DNA of 64,000 nucleotides. Origin: the human T2T-CHM13v2.0 reference genome, Homo sapiens. Position numbers and translations under genes: made by a program. The stretch is taken from NCBI RefSeq assembly GCF_009914755.1, contig NC_060944.1; one strand, written 5' to 3'. Positions 1 through 13,668 of the stretch are shown here, piece after piece. The stretch's first letter is position 1; the number at the start of each line of letters is the position of its first letter. The notes under the pieces were generated by a model. It was not told where the DNA came from. It saw nothing but the letters and a program-made list of their open reading frames with translations, and did not search any database.

Positions 1-430
1 GGACCTTTCTTCTTGTCTAATATAGACATTAAGGATACAAATTTCCCTCAAGTACTCCCTTAGTTGATAGGTTGCATTTTTGTTCCTATTTACTTTGAAA
101 TGCTTTCTAATTTCTTCTTTTACCCATAGATTAATTAGGAGTGTGCTGTTTAATATCCAAATAATTGTTTTTTCCTAGATATCTTACTGTGATTGATTTT
201 TAATTTAATTACACTATAGTCAGGTAATATACTCTGTATAATTTCAATACCTTTAAATTAATTGATATTTTCTGGCTCGGTGTACAGTCTATCTTGTTAA
301 ATGGATCATGTGCACTTGGAAAGAATGCATAAGATTAAATGCATTCTGCAATTGTCAGGCATGGTGCTCTACATATCAGTTAGGTCAAGGTAGTTGCTAG
401 TGCTGTTCATACTATTCCATGTCTTTCTTT
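1..430 (-). mobile_element. Old L1 (L1M-type) ORF2-region fragment
   Basis: T-rich antisense L1 motifs (aaatttccctcaagtact, catgtgcacttggaaagaatg, gttaggtcaaggtagttg). Confidence 0.75.
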
Positions 431-519
431 CTTTCTATGGTTCTGCAATTCCCTGAGGGTGCTCTGAGGCTCCCTGGGGTGCTGCAATGAACTCACAGGG
501 GCATCTGGGATATTTAAAC

Positions 520-1277
520 TCAGTGGCCTCTGTTCCACACTGTGTGAACTACTACTATTAAGTCTTTGGCAGATCTTTCAAATATTGATATATTCCATTC
601 TACTGTATAAAATAACCATATTCATTAATAACACCACTGATTTCATCAGAAACATTGTGAAGTACTGGGAATCTGTAAAGTTCATGGTGGAAAATACAAG
701 CTTTTCAAATTCTAATACCAGTTCCAAATACCTAAGTCTAAAAAAGCCATAGTTTGTCTGTCATTTCTTTTTCAAATAAGGACAATGTTCCATGAATAAA
801 GTGCTAGATTAGTTAGCAATTCTAACAACTGCAAAAATACATTTTCTTGACACAGACACCTTTGTTTATTGTGTAGTGAAAGTGCTTTATGAGATGTTTT
901 CATTTAATTACACAGAATATTAAAAAGATGTGTAATCAAATTTTGGGATTGAATGCAATTAATATATTCAATAATTAATAATTTTTACCACTGTATCGAT
1001 AACATTTTTAAGTGAGATTGGCTGTTGTGCTTTTGTGTTGCTGTTCAGCTGTGGGCAAGTGGTAGTGGGGAATGCAGTGACTGCTTGCAGTTAGTTGCTG
1101 GTGGCTTGATCCACACTCACGGCTCCGGAAGTTTTACCCACCATGGCTGTTCCTCCATCAGTGCAAATCACAGTACAGAAAAAAAAAAAGGCAATGAAAC
1201 GAGCTTTGCCTTTTCAGATTACCTTGAGGACTCTACTAGGGGGAGAAGTCTGTGGACCAGAATGTGAGAACCATTGA
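520..1277. mobile_element. hAT-Charlie DNA transposon fossil (Charlie1-like)
   Basis: Internal motifs (aataacaccactgatttcatcagaaa, cacagaatattaaaaagatgtgta) and a terminus gtctgtggaccagaatgtgagaaccattg resembling Charlie1. Confidence 0.65.
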
Positions 1278-1769
1278 AGAAAGAGATTATTTCGATAATC
1301 CAGTCTCCAGAAATCCAACATTTCTGTTATATTGAACTCTGACTCTGCTCCAAATTACTCTCAGCTGATTCTTACATAGTTTCAAAAATCATCTTAACAG
1401 AGTACAATGCAGCAGGTGAGAAGAAATCAAATTTGTTAGACCAATCTAAGCAGAGAGAAGAATCTAATTATTCAGTCTTCAAGTATGCATATATTCTGTA
1501 AATACTAGGCAATTGGCAGCAAGGGGGAAACGAATTTGCCACATGGTGAAGACAAGCTGGGAGTTTGCACACGGCCTGAGAGAGCAGGTCCTTATGCCTC
1601 ACTAGCTCCAGCCACCCAGGTGCTCAGCAGTTAAGAGCAGGCGGAAGAGCTGCATCAATCTGAGTCTGTTAGGGTAAAATTACCCTAAATCACTCCTTGA
1701 TATCAATTCCCCACAAGTAGGAAAAGTCCAAATACAGAAGTCCTTGCTCTGGAGAGCTACATACAGCAA

Positions 1770-2010
1770 AGCAGAGTGGTGGAGTTAAGAGCTCTGAGCT
1801 CAAGACAAGGAGCTGAGATTCGAATCCTGGCCTTGCTGGTTAGAACTTCTGTCACTGTGGGTAGAATATTTCTTCCCTCAAAGCCTCAGCTTCCTCATTT
1901 GTAATACAGGGCTGTAAGTACTCACCTTGAACAACATTTATGAATGTTAAAAATGATAAATATGCCAAATATCCAGCATAACCTCTGATTCATATTAAAC
2001 ACTCAAGAAA
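1770..2010 (+). mobile_element. MIR SINE
   Basis: MIR core gcctcagcttcctcatttgtaatacaggg, with upstream ttcgaatcctgg. Confidence 0.75.
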
Positions 2011-2039
2011 TGATTGTTGTTCTTGCTGGTTTTCATATG

Positions 2040-2270
2040 AGCAGAGTAGTCAGGCGCCTTGACGTGGAACCCAGACAGTCAGGGACTGGATCAAAACCCC
2101 TTTATTTATCAAGTATGTGACTTAACTTACCTGAACCACACAAGTCATTGGAAAATGAGGACAATAATACCTACGGAATGTCCTTAGGGTTGAAGAGGCA
2201 GTGTTTGTAAACGCTTAGAACAGGACTGGCCCATAGCAAGTGTCATGCACATGTGAGCTATTGCTGTTTG
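2040..2270 (+). mobile_element. MIR SINE
   Basis: ggaaaatgaggacaataatacctac ... tgtaaacgcttagaacaggactggcccatagcaagtg. Confidence 0.7.
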
Positions 2271-2327
2271 TAGTAATGCTATCAAAACCTTCATCATACT
2301 GTCATTATGATCTTTATCATCACCATG

Positions 2328-2415
2328 TAGGGTGACCAACAGTCCTGGTTTGCTCTAAACTCTCCTGGTTTTAGCACCAAGTCTCGGATCCTGGGAAACT
2401 CCTAAGTTCTGGAAA
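2328..2415. mobile_element. hAT-Blackjack MITE (MER94/MER81-like)
   Basis: Begins tagggtgaccaacagtcctggtttg, the characteristic terminus. Confidence 0.6.
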
Positions 2416-3292
2416 AAAACACAACAGAGTCGAGCTCTCCCTTGGACTATGAGTCAACAGTCTGCCAGCATTGGTGTTAACGGCCCACTCTCATAAGCCA
2501 GACTAGGTCATTACAGTCATCACAGAGTTTATGCGACCAGGCCAGCACCCATTCCACCCCCCAACACATTGGAAGGTAAAGTTTCATTCCTTTCTCAATA
2601 ATTTCCAGGGAACTGGTCATTCTAAGCAACTGGAAGAAAAACATTTCTACAACAAAGAAGCATTTGAGCGTGAAAAACCTTTTGAGTCCCAGTTTCCGCT
2701 CTGCCTTGGAAGCACCGTGATTTGGAGGGGGCCCAACAGCTGTGAGTTTCACTCTCACAAACCAATCATTTCTAAATAGAGCAATACCACAATCTTAATT
2801 TTCCACTCAATGGTGAAAGCAGTCACATTATTCAAAATTATTCATCAGCACTTAGTAATTCACATTCTAGAGCAATCTCAGAGTGCTTTAATGTATATAT
2901 TACAGGCGAGATTTACAGTGGGAATTACAGTATGGCAAATCATTCTTTAAAATGGTGCTTAAATCACACAACTTTAAAATACTAATTATGTAAAATATAT
3001 TCTGAATTTTTAATTTCTACCTTTGTTTAACAATACTCTCATTACCAACTTCAGAAATGGGATAGCTATATCTTCAGAAACACTCACCCTGAATCCATCC
3101 ATAATAGAAATAACCCAGTGTTTTTACAATGTCGCTGTCTCCCCAATGCCCCCATTACAAAAAAAAAGCAAATAATGATCATCTAAAAGTCACAATCATC
3201 TCAAGACAATGAAGCATGAAATTTCGTTCTGAGACAAAATCCATCTCTACGAAGAGCTTGAGAATCTTTGATGGTCATGAAATAACTATTTA

Positions 3293-3942
<650 letters not shown>

Positions 3943-4025
3943 CTCTCCCCATAACCCCACACCAGGTGTGGCTCTCCTGTCCTGCACAGAAGCCCACATC
4001 TGTGGGCGGTCCATCTCAGTGTAAT

Positions 4026-4071
4026 CTTCCCAAAGTGCTGGGATGACAGTCATGGGCCATCACACCTGACC
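4026..4071 (-). mobile_element. Alu 5'-end fragment (~45 bp)
   Basis: ttcccaaagtgctgggatgacagtcatgggccatcacacctgacc is the reverse complement of the Alu 5' end. Confidence 0.8.
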
Positions 4072-4735
4072 TAACAGTGTTTTAGACTCCCTGCTGCCAT
4101 ATGCTTAAAAATGAGCCAAAGCCCCTGATGTGCCTAGAACATTGTTCCCTTCTAGTTCTGAAGGACCCTTTCCACTAGGGGAAGACTGGTCCACAGTGGT
4201 TCTTGGGTGGCTGGCCTGGCATTTCAAGTGTTTAGGTGTTTTTATTTATTCCCCTCCTGCCCCCAGTCTAATCTCTGTGTTTTACCTTAACTTCTTCCCT
4301 GGGACAGTCTGCCATTTTCCAGTTCAACCTTTCTTTCAGATTGTGATCATATGGGAGCCTTTGGAAGGCAAGGTGCAGGTAGGGGTGGGTGTGCACAGGC
4401 ACACATGCCACAGCCACAGCCACTGTATCCGGCGCTGCAGGTGGGAATGCTGACCCTGTTTTTTCCAGGAGTCGCTGATTCCGATTAATCAGTTAGCAGC
4501 TGGTACTTCCTGCTGACTCTAGGAAGAGTTCCGTACATACGGGTTTGGAATGGAGAAGGGGGAAGGAGAAGGGCTAAGTGGCAGAGGAGAAGGGAGGGAA
4601 GAGAAAGCTACTTCAAAAATTACTGTTGTTTCTCCCAGGCAGAGGTCACTTCTTAAAATCTCCAATGGTACTCAATTCTGCACACTGAAGATTTTCCTAT
4701 GATGTGTCTACACCTGGACTTGACATCCTCCCTCG

Positions 4736-5289
4736 TGTGGAGGGCAGCACTGAGAGGGTCCCTGATGACCCCTACCTCCTGGTATTCACACCTGTGTTTA
4801 ATTGCCAAGCCTTAAGTGTGGACAGAACCCAGTGACTTGCCTCTAGCCAAAAAAATATGGCAAAAGCAATGAGACGCCACTTCTAAGATGAGGTTACAGA
4901 ATGACCTGGGCTTTCTTCTTATTCACTGTCTGTTGCTCTCTCCAGCCCTCTCTGCCTCTTTGTTTTCATCTCTGCCTGTCTGTCTCTCACAACCAGCTGC
5001 TATGTCTTGAGGACATTCAGGCAATTTATGGAGGTGCCCAGTTGGTGAGAAACTGATGTGAGCGATCTTGGAGGTGAATTTCCTGAGACCCACCAATAGA
5101 CTCTGAAATGACCACAGACAGCCCCGGCTGACAACTTAGCTGCATTGTCATGAAAGACCCTGAGTCAAGACCCCCAGCTAAATGGTGTTCAGATGCCTAG
5201 ACCACAGAAGCTGAGATAATAAATGTCTGTTGTTTTGGGGCCACTCAATGTTTGGGTAGTTTGTTATGCAGCAGGAGGTAACTGGTGCA
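4736..5289 (+). mobile_element. MLT1 (ERVL-MaLR) solo LTR
   Basis: ccctacctcctggtattcacacc start; ends gagataataaatgtctgttg...ttgttatgcagcaggaggtaactggtgca. Confidence 0.85.
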
Positions 5290-5863
5290 TCCTCCAGCCT
5301 GCTGCTATCTTTTCATGAGCTTCTCTGCCAGCGTCAGTTACCCAAGCCATCTAGCCCTTTCTGGCTTCTGCCTCACGTTTACTGCGTATATCAATGTGGT
5401 CATTTTGAGAATGTTACAGAAACTGAATCATCTAGTAAGTGACCTGTTGAGACTGGCTTTTTTCCCCTACTCACATAATGCTCTTGAGATCCATCCAAAT
5501 TCTTGTGTGTACTCATAGGTTGTTCCTTTCTATGGCTGCATAGTGTTCTGTGATATAAATGCACCACAGTTTAATTATTTGCATCTTCAAGGACCCAGGT
5601 ATCAACACCAAGTCTAGTCGACTCCATTCCTTAATCTGTGCTGTGCTGTGCTGTGTTTTCACCCTCAGCTGTTACACTGAGTCAGGCCCTCGTGGCCTCT
5701 CCATGCAGCACTACAGCAGGGTCCTGGCTGGTCAGCAACTAGAGGTCCCAGATGCATGGATTTTAAATGAATATTGCAGCATTTTCTAGGTAAAAAAAAA
5801 ATGAGAAAAAAACACACTTGTTTATAAATAAATGATGATTATTTTGAAAAAATAAAGAGAGCT

Positions 5864-6146
5864 GGCTGAGCACAGTGGCTCACACCTGTAATCCCAGCAC
5901 TTTGAGAGGCCGAGGTGGGTGGATCGTGAGGTCAGGAGTTCAAGACCGACCTGGCCAAGATGGTGAAACCCCATTTCTACTAAAAATAGCTGGGCATGGT
6001 GGCAGGTGCCTGTAATCCCAGCTACTTGGGAGGCTGAGGTAGGGCAGAGAATTGCTTGAACCAGGGAAGCGGAGGTTGCAGTGAGCTGAGATCACACCAC
6101 TGCACTCCAGCCTAGGAGACAGAGCAAGACTCCCTCTCAAAAAAAA
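5864..6146 (+). mobile_element. AluS
   Basis: Alu dimer with short A tail; agagct on both flanks. Confidence 0.97.
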
Positions 6147-6229
6147 GAGCTAGGTAATTTAAAGTTAAATATTATTACACAATGTCAGTTGTGGCAACAT
6201 GGCTCCCTGACCCAGCCCTGAGCCCTCCC

Positions 6230-6870
6230 ATCACTCATCCCCACAGCAGCCAGAGTGACATGCCTCAAAGTGTCCTTCCTGCCATCAAATCTCCCCAAGG
6301 CCAGTCCGTTGTCCCTCGGCTGTTTCACATGGCAAACTGAGGCCTCCCTGACCGGGCCTCTGCCTGCTTTCTCAGTGCTCGGCTTCCCCTCTCACCAGTC
6401 TCCACACTCCCCATGCAATCCTGGGCCTGCTCACACCCATGAGGGCCCAGGTCCTCTTCTCTGGACTTAAGAACCAAGCCATTCCCTCCAGCAGTGCCAC
6501 TGCTGCCTGCCTCTCAAGGGTTAGTACAGGCACCGCCTCCTCTGGGAAGCCTCCTCTGCTTGTCCACTCTTCAGAGTTAAGTGCTCCTCCTTTAGCTCTT
6601 CTAGAAGCCTGTGTGCCTTCTATCATAGCAACACTTATGGTTTATTTATTTCAATAAGTTGATGCTCAGACGGCACTCAGTAATTGCCAACCACCATTAT
6701 TTCTACTACCATGGTGATGATGATGATGATGATGACGATGACAGCGATCTGTTTTCTTCAAAAGCCCCAGATCCGCTGAAAACAAGGACTCCCTTGTCAC
6801 CACCATGTCCTCAGTGCTCCCCAGTGCCCAGACAGTGCCTATGGCAAGTGCCCCGTGCATATGTGTAGCA
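6230..6870 (+). mobile_element. L2 fragments
   Basis: ccacagcagccagagtga, cctcctctgggaagcct, ccccagtgcccagacagtgcct. Confidence 0.6.
6714..6742. repeat. (GAT)n microsatellite
   Basis: gtgatgatgatgatgatgatgacgatgac. Confidence 0.9.
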
Positions 6871-8378
6871 TGAAAAGGTCAGCATCCTGCTGTTTGGAAG
6901 TGGTCATGAAAACATTCATTTTATCAGATGTTTAGACTGGAAGTTTAAGGAGCCTAAAGTCCATATGAGCTCAGGTGCAGATTCCAGAAGCAGGGGGACA
7001 GGAAGAAAGTGGCAGCAACAGCTAGCTGCCCACTGTGTGTGCCAATGATGGAGTAGGAAGCCATGCACCACGTTCTCACAGCCTCTGAGTGCTGTTGCTC
7101 CTTGAGAAGGGAAGGCCCATTCTACTCTGTTTCTTTCTGCACAGAATTAGATGTGTCAGTGAATTGCTCTGAGGAGTAGATTAGTGTCAGTTCCTTGGGT
7201 CAGTGCAGAAGGGCTTGTGTAAAAGAAGAAAGGATAAATAGCCAGCTCCCCACCCTGTCTTTGGGAATGCACTTTCAGAACTCTCAAGTCAGAAAGCCCA
7301 TTTCCTGGGGAAACCAAACTCACCACAGACAGTTAATGCTCAACCAGATTTCATAAACCCTGTTGTTTTCATACTCTGGAGGCTCCAGTATTTTTAAGCT
7401 GGAGGGCTCCCCCATGCATGGACTGCACGCTGAGAGCTGTGCTTCACACCAATTGCTCCATAAGCATCTTGTGGAGAAAATCTCCATAGCTTGTGAGAGA
7501 CAACCTGGAGCCAAACATCAATGCAATCCCAGTCTGGATGAGATAGGACATCAGTCAATGACGCTGAGTCACCCAAGGTCCTCTGGAGGCTGGAGCACAC
7601 AATGGGAGGCTTTTTGAGGTTGATATAGCTGGAGGACCCAGCTGGAGGCTCCCAAATGGGACCCTTGCCCCCAGGAAAAGGTGTTCTTCAGAGCATGGAA
7701 GCCATGAGTTAGCAACAACGTGGATCAGATGGGGACAGAGAGAGCAGAGACACTGCACTGCGTGTTTTGAAATCTCAGTGAGATAGCCTAATTCACCACA
7801 TTCGATTCTGCAGGAAATCAACTCATTTGACAGAAGAACAAAGCATGCATTGTTCAAGTATAAGAGGCCTGGGCTGCAGGGAACCTGTCCTGACAAGGGG
7901 ATAATCATCTTAGCTCTGAGAGAATGAACATCACACATTTTGTTCCAGTGAGATATGCACAAGCATTCCAGGTATATTAAACCCGTGACATCTAATATGG
8001 TTGGATGTTATTACTGTGGTGAATTTCCCCAATTATTGCCAAAATCTGTTCATTGTGCCTGAGGTCGGAGTGGATCATATACTTGTTCCATGAAGCCTTC
8101 ATTTGGTGATTTAAAAGATATGCTTCTTTTTAAAAAGTGTCCGAAATGGATAAAGAAATGGTGTTCTGATTGAAACTGAATTTGATTAAATTAAGATGAA
8201 TCTCTGTGTAGCTCCGCAACCCTCTCAGATGGCCGGAATCTTATTCCCTCTTGACCTTACTTGTGTGTCTCAGGTTCCTTGGACTTGGGGTAGAAGCTGA
8301 GTTCAGCAGCCCACTGGCCCCCATGGCACAACTTCCTCATTCACTTTGTTGATGAAATTTCTGGCTCCTGTGAAATGG

Positions 8379-9896
8379 CGTGGGACTCTTCTGTTAAAGG
8401 ATATCTCTGAGACATGATACCGATCGTGGGAATCTTCTGTTAAAGGATGTCTCTGAGACATGATACCGATCGTGGGAATCTGCTGTTAAACGATGTCTCT
8501 GAGACATGATACCGATCGTGGGACTCTTCTGTTAAACGATGTCTCTGAGACATGATACCGATCGTGGGACTCTTCTGTTAAACGATGTCTCTGAGACATG
8601 ATACCGATCGTGGGACTCTTCTGTTAAACGATGTCTCTGAGACATGATACCGATCGTGGGACTCTTCTGTTAAACGATGTCTCTGAGACATGATACCGAT
8701 CGTGGGACTCTTCTGTTAAACGATGTCTCTGAGACATGATACCGATCATGGGAATCTTCTGTTAAACGATGTCTCTGAGACATGATACCGATCGTGGGAC
8801 TCTTCTGTTAAACGATGTCTCTGAGACATGATACCGATCGTGGGACTCTTCTGTTAAACGATGTCTCTGAGACATGATACCGATCGTGGGAATCTTCTGT
8901 TAAACGATGTCTCTGAGACATGATACCGATCGTGGGAATCTTCTGTTAAACGATGTCTCTGAGACATGATACCGATCGTGGGACTCTTCTGTTAAACGAT
9001 GTCTCTGAGACATGATACCGATCGTGGGACTCTTCTGTTAAACGATGTCTCTGAGACATGATACCGATCGTGGGACTCTTCTGTTAAACGATGTCTCTGA
9101 GACATGATACCGATCGTGGGACTCTTCTGTTAAACGATGTCTCTGAGACATGATACCGATCGTGGGAATCTTCTGTTAAACGATGTCTCTGAGACATGAT
9201 ACCGATCGTGGGACTCTTCTGTTAAAGGATGTCTCTGAGACATGATACCGATCGTGGGACTCTTCTGTTAAACGATGTCTCTGAGACATGATACCGATCG
9301 TGGGAATCTTCTGTTAAACGATGTCTCTGAGACATGATACCGATCGTGGGACTCTTCTGTTAAACGATGTCTCTGAGACATGATACCGATCGTGGGAATC
9401 TTCTGTTAAACGATGTCTCTGAGACATGATACCGATCGTGGGACTCTTCTGTTAAACGATGTCTCTGAGACATGATACTGATCGTGGGAATCTTCTGTTA
9501 AACGATGTCTCTGAGACATGATACCGATCGTGGGAATCTTCTGTTAAACGATGTCTCTGAGACATGATACCGATCGTGGGAATCTTCTGTTAAACGATGT
9601 CTCTGAGACATGATACCGATCGTGGGACTCTTCTGTTAAAGGATGTCTCTGAGACATGATACTGATCATGGGACTCTTCTGTTAAACGATGTCTCTGAGA
9701 CATGATACCGATCGTGGGAATCTTCTGTTAAACGATGTCTCTGAGACATGATACTGATCGTGGGAATCTTCTGTTAAAGGATGTCTCTGATACATGATAC
9801 TGATCGTGGGAATCTTCTGTTAAAGGATGTCTCTGAGACATGATACTGATCGTGGGAATCTTCTGTTAAACAATGTCTCTGAGACATGATACTGAT
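8379..9896. repeat. Minisatellite/VNTR, 33 copies of a 46-bp unit
   Basis: Unit cgtggga[c/a]tcttctgttaaa[c/g]gatgtctctgagacatgata[c/t]gat; exact 46-bp phase from 8379 to 9896 with no indels. Confidence 0.99.
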
Positions 9897-10069
9897 TGGC
9901 TTTTTTCTTCTAGTTTGGTATTATTGCAGTGAACAAAATAGACCAAAAATAGGTGCATGAGAGAGATGGGTGTGGGTAGAATACACCATGTACATGTGTG
10001 CATATATGTAATATGTATACATATGTATACTCTATACATATCTGCAGTAGAGAGGCTGCAGTCGTAACA

Positions 10070-10250
10070 TCACAGTGGCTGTGTGTTTACTCTGTGCCAG
10101 GCTTTGTTTCAGAGCTCTACACGCATGAATTCTATTATCCTCATTAGCAACCTCTGAGGGAGGGACACCTATCATTTCCCTTTACTGGAGAAGAAACTGA
10201 AAAAGAGTTTTATTAACTTGCCTAATGTCTTGTAGCCAGTAAGTGGTGAC
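10070..10250 (-). mobile_element. MIR SINE
   Basis: tttactctgtgccaggc ... tttactggagaagaaactga ... taacttgcctaatgtc. Confidence 0.75.
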
Positions 10251-10284
10251 ATGTGTATGTGTGCTCATGCGTGCGTGCGCATGT

Positions 10285-11780
10285 GAACTATGGAGTGAAA
10301 CACAGCATACATGCACAAAGGCACATGGAGCTTAAGTGCACAGCTCAGCGAATTTTCACTCTGAACACAGCCATGGAACCACCTCAAATCAAGAAAAAAC
10401 TTACCCCAGAATGACCCCTTGAGTCCCAGGCTTTACCTCCTGCTCAGAGGAACCCTCTGTATGAGTCTGTTCGGGGTCCTCAATAAAATATCACAGGCTG
10501 AGCAAGTTAAACCACAGAAGTTTATTTCTCACAGTTCTGGAGGCTGGAAGGTCACTATCAAGGTGCCAGGGGAGTGAATTCTGGTGAAGGCCTTCTTCCT
10601 GTCTTGAAGATGGCCATCTCCTCTCTGCATCCACACATGGCAGGAAAAAAAGAGAGAGAGAATGGGCACTCTCTGATCTTTTCTTATAAGGATGCTAATC
10701 CCATCACAAGGACCTCACCTTCATGGCCTTATCTAAACCTATTTACCTCCCAACAGCCCCATCTCCAAACACCATCCACCTTGGGAGCGAGGACTTTGAC
10801 GCATGAATTTGGAGGGTACACTACTCAGCCCATAGCACCCTCTTTTGTTTTACTTCTAAACCATAGATCAGCTCTGCCTGTTTGTAAATGTGCATAAATA
10901 AAATCCACACCTAGTAAAGCAAACATGGTTTTGTGTCTGCCTTCTTTTGCTCAACATCGCTGTGAGAGTCCAGCAGGTTATTGCACAGGGAAATTGAGCA
11001 TTTGCAGTACTCTCTAGTACTGGTGTGTGATGGACCTTGGGGTTGTTTTCAGTCTGGGGCTCTTTCACACAGTGCTGCTGAGACGCACTTTTTCTATAGG
11101 TTTTGGTAAATGCAGCCCTGCATTTCCACTGGGAATATACCCAGGTGTGGACTCACTTGGTTACTGGGTATGTGTAGGTCCCTTTCGAAAATACCGCTAG
11201 TTTTCCACAGGGCTGTTCCAATTTCCTTTCAGCCCACAGTGTATGAGTTTCCATAGATCCACACCCTCGGCAATACTTGGAATTGTCAGTCTTTTTCACT
11301 TCAGCTCATCAGATGGGTGTATGGTGGTATTGCGTGGTTACAGTTTGCATTTTCTGGAGGTAAAATGAAGGGAAACTCCCTCCCGTGTTTACTGGCCATT
11401 TGAAAATCCAGAAGGCACTGAGTCAAGCCTTCCTGTTGCATTGTCCGCCTTTTGCGTTGTATCAGTCCGTGTTTGTTTACCATTGGTGCTCTTGGTGTTC
11501 CATTTAGAAAATCATCGATGATCTCAATGTCAGGAAGACATTCTCTTATATTTTCCTCTATGAGTTTTGTGATTTTTCCCTTTCACAGTTAGATCTACAG
11601 TAGACTGGAATGGAGTTTTGCATATCATCTGAGGGAAGAGTGCAGGTCCAGTTTTTGCCCACATAGAAATTCTATTGACCTAGCACATTAATTTAGAAGA
11701 AGGACCAACCCCATTGTACCACAGGATTACTTTTGCCATGAATCAAGTGGTTTCCGTGTGTATCTGTTTCTGGACATGAG
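10285..11780 (-). mobile_element. Old L1 (L1M) 3' fragment interrupted by an MLT1 LTR
   Basis: cttaagtgcacagctcagcgaattttcac 3' end; later gggaatatacccagg and atggtggtattgcgtggttacagtttgcattt. Confidence 0.7.
10458..10837 (-). mobile_element. MLT1A-like MaLR solo LTR
   Basis: tttatttctcacagttctggaggctggaagg ... gaatttggagggtacactactcagcccatagca. Confidence 0.88.
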
Positions 11781-12246
11781 CCATATTTTTCACCACCACC
11801 AAATGGGCCTAAGTGTTGCAGAGAGAGGGTTAGTGCTCTGACAGCATCATGGAGAGGGAGGCCACTTCCCTGTCTTCCTCCTGCCAGTCTCCAGGTCTCA
11901 GCTGAAATGCTCCCTCCTCTAGGAAGCCTGTGATTTGGGGCACCCTGTGCAGTGGGTGGTCCTGCCTTTAAGCTTCTTATTTATAGTTGTAGAGTTCTAT
12001 GTAGCCTGGAAGAGTTAAGCTGCAACCAGGGTATTTAATGGCTGTACCTACGCTTATCAAGGGCTTTCTATCATCTATTTTAACTGTTATATATTCTTCC
12101 CTTCGCGATGGTTTGAAAACAGGATTTGGGTAAGTTACTCCAGATGGTGACTCTGGAGCCCACGTAGACAAATGTAAGGTTCATCATCTTTTGCAAAATG
12201 CCAAGTTTTCTGATTTTTTCTGCAATAGTCTAGTTACCTACTTTTT

Positions 12247-12353
12247 TGTAAACATACATGCACACAAACATGCACATACACAGAATACACACATAAACAT
12301 GAACACACATATTTGAAGGCACATGCCCACACAAGCACACATGCACACACACA
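12247..12353. repeat. Degenerate CA-rich simple repeat
   Basis: Runs of caca/cata/catg. Confidence 0.8.
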
Positions 12354-12931
12354 ATCTTCTCTAATATTTGCACTGTTAAATATTTAGAAGTATAATCCCT
12401 TCTTAGAATATTCAGCAGATTATTCACACTAAAAACCCCGCAGCTTTTTAAAAGATGTATTTCACTTTTTTCCTGTGTGTCAGACAGAATTAATCAAGGC
12501 TCTAATGATTGTTCTGCAGGTGTTATTTCAAAAACAACCAATACTCCCCAAATCATTAAATTTACAGGGAGACTTTTGATTACAGAAGCTGATGACTATT
12601 ATTTCTAAAATAGAAGAGATGCAGAGTGACAAAAATCAATGACATGGCCGTTAGGTTACAGCTAAATTTATTCAAGTTTTACATTGCTGAGGTCTCACAC
12701 CACTTTCTCTGCAAATACTCACTTTATAGTGACTCTCCAGTATAGATACCTAGATATTTATAATTGTTATTCTGATGATTTGGTATTTATTTATTTTTTT
12801 GCTTTTCTTTATTTTGTTTTATTTAATTATTTTTATTTCAATGGCTTTACAGGAACAAGTGGTTTTTTGTTACAGAGATGAACCTTGTATTGGTGAAGTC
12901 TGGGATTTTAGTGCACCTGTCACTCAAGTAG

Positions 12932-13378
<447 letters not shown>

Positions 13379-13668
13379 TGAGAACATGTGGTTTTTGGTT
13401 TTTGATCCCTGAGTTACTTCACTTAAAATAACAGCCTCCAGTTCTATCCAAATTGCTGCACATTATTTTGTTCCTTTTTATGGCTGAGCAGTATTCCATG
13501 GTGTGTGTATAACATTTTCTTTATCCATTCATCAGTTGATGAACAGTTCAGTTGGTTCCATATCTTTGCAATTGTGAATTGTGCTGCGATAAACATTCAC
13601 ACACTGGTGTCTTTTTGATATAGTGACTTTTCCTTTGAGTAGATACCTGGTAGTGGGATTGCTGGATC

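Noticed and set aside
6659-6868. Poly-Asp / poly-His ORFs
   Set aside because: Produced by the (GAT)n microsatellite
8379-9896. CRISPR array (regular repeats with an internal dyad)
   Set aside because: Units are contiguous with no unique spacers, there are no cas genes, and the context is primate DNA; this is a minisatellite
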